Assembly: GCF_009834535.1 (NCBI RefSeq)
Contig: NC_045696.1
Location: forward strand, 70,000,001-70,064,000
Source of the DNA: Camelus ferus
Taxonomy: Eukaryota
Length of the DNA stretch: 64,000 nt
Direction of reading: 5' to 3'
How positions within the stretch are numbered: the first letter of the stretch is position 1; each line of letters opens with the position of its first letter. This document shows, piece by piece, positions 62,541 to 64,000 of this stretch. Made by a program: the position numbers and the translations under genes. The notes under the pieces are model-generated. The model did not search any database. It saw only the letters and a list, made by a program, of their open reading frames with translations, and had not been told where the DNA came from.

Positions 62541-64000
62541 TTAGCAAGTTCACAGTGACCTTGGGGATGGGAGTAAGAAGCCCCTGAAACTGCATGCAAA
62601 ATGTTTGACATCTGTCCTGGGGAGAGGTCCAGAGCTTTCATCAAATTCTCGGACTGGATAATCTTGCAATCAATGCCAGGGATCACTAGCTACACACTTT
62701 TCTGGTGATTGCAGAACAGCAAGAAAGAGTTCCACTTTCTGATTTTGTCTCTATTCTATAATAATCTCAGAATATTCTGGATTCAGATCCAGGAGTCCTT
62801 TTATAAGTCTTCTGAAGTAGCAATTAATTCTATCTCCATGTTGCAGATAAGGAAACTGAGGTTCAGAGAAGTAAAGTAACCTCCCTAAGCTCACTCAGCT
62901 GGTTAGCCCAAAGTTCAGGGTGCCATGTCACATCTACCTGACTCCAGTGGTCTCTGCTCACAAAATCTGCAGCTTTTTAGGACAGTTTGTGATTTTTGGC
63001 TGACAGTGGGAGCCGATCATTTGCTATGGCTTATCTCTAGGATCTTACATCCAAGTTTACCATGACTGTCCCCATTTGTGTCTTCTGTTCTGGTATAATT
63101 ATTAACAGCACCCTCATCACTTTCAAAATTGCCCTGGTTTGGACTTTACATGGTAAACCGATTTATCCACCATGGATCTGGAGGCTGCTACAAGCTGGGG
63201 CTCTCACTATTCATTTTCTCAGACTGGAAGGGGTGCTGTTTCACATGAGGAGGGGGAGGCTTCTCCAGCAAACTCTTTCCAACGTTGTGAGTTTCTCACG
63301 CTGTGCTGAGAACATCCTGTGGACTTGGGTGCCTGGGTTTTGATCCACCTCCTCCCACAACAGTTTAGTTGGGAGCAGACAGAAGAGAAAGAAAAACTGG
63401 ATGGGGGGAATGAGAGGGAGATAAGAAAAGGAGGCAGATAAAGACATGAGAAGCAAGGGTGTTGGCTGAGAAGAAATGGAGAGATTGAGGCTAGAACCAG
63501 GAATGCAGAGACAAAGATGCCATCTCTTGGATTTCATAGCACTGAGGGATTGATGTCATTTAAAATGACCTTCATAGATAAAAACTTGGAGACATTCCTT
63601 GAAACCTTTTTCTCTCCAGGTAAGTTTCTAGTTAGCAAGGCCTCCTGGATCCTCTGGTGTTTTGTTTTTAGTTTGTGGTTACATCATCATAGGAGCGGCT
63701 CTCTTGTTTTTACGGCTGTTTCATAGTGATGGTGAGGAATATCCAGATGGCGTTGACCAAGGGCAGGAAATCAGTTCAGGCATTTATACGGTGGGTTAAT
63801 TCTGCAGGTACTGACACCCATTTTATTTCCCTCTTCGTTACCTAGTCTAATACTTGGCCTGACCAATGGATCTCACAGTTTCCCACTGAGTTTGCCAAAT
63901 CCAGTTCAGTGAAATCAAAAGCTCAACAGAGAGAGGTGGTTGCATTGTGAGGCTCTGGTCCTAGTTAAGACACTTGATCTCCTCGAACCTCAGTTCATTC

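Overview
Mammalian nuclear DNA, very probably a camelid (alpaca/llama/camel), judged from about 11 copies of a tRNA-derived SINE matching what I recall as the camelid Vic-1 family. The window holds two head-to-head protein-coding genes. (1) The complete SENP2 SUMO protease on the minus strand: 17 coding exons from ATG 34639 to TGA 6937, 1770 nt = 589 aa + stop, all GT-AG and phase-consistent, with the catalytic H478/D495/C548 intact and a CpG-island promoter carrying a perfect CRE. (2) The first three exons of LIPH (lipase H, mPA-PLA1alpha, a hair-shape gene) on the plus strand from ATG 41774, including the GVSLG nucleophile S154; the gene continues past the window end. The rest is intron/intergenic DNA with L1, L2, MIR, Tigger/Charlie transposons, MaLR/ERV LTRs and microsatellites. 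I see no prokaryote-style novel system. The best leads are regulatory or splicing features: a LINE-derived alternative donor in SENP2 intron 2 giving an in-frame MCGQNSK-DCFI N-terminus lacking the NLS; a perfect 20-bp tandem duplication in the LIPH proximal promoter; a solo LTR with octamer + perfect RFX X-box + ETS between the two genes; a sense-oriented LTR and a duplicated ~80-bp module in LIPH intron 1. Repeat family names and cross-species comparisons come from memory, not from searches, and repeat boundaries are approximate.
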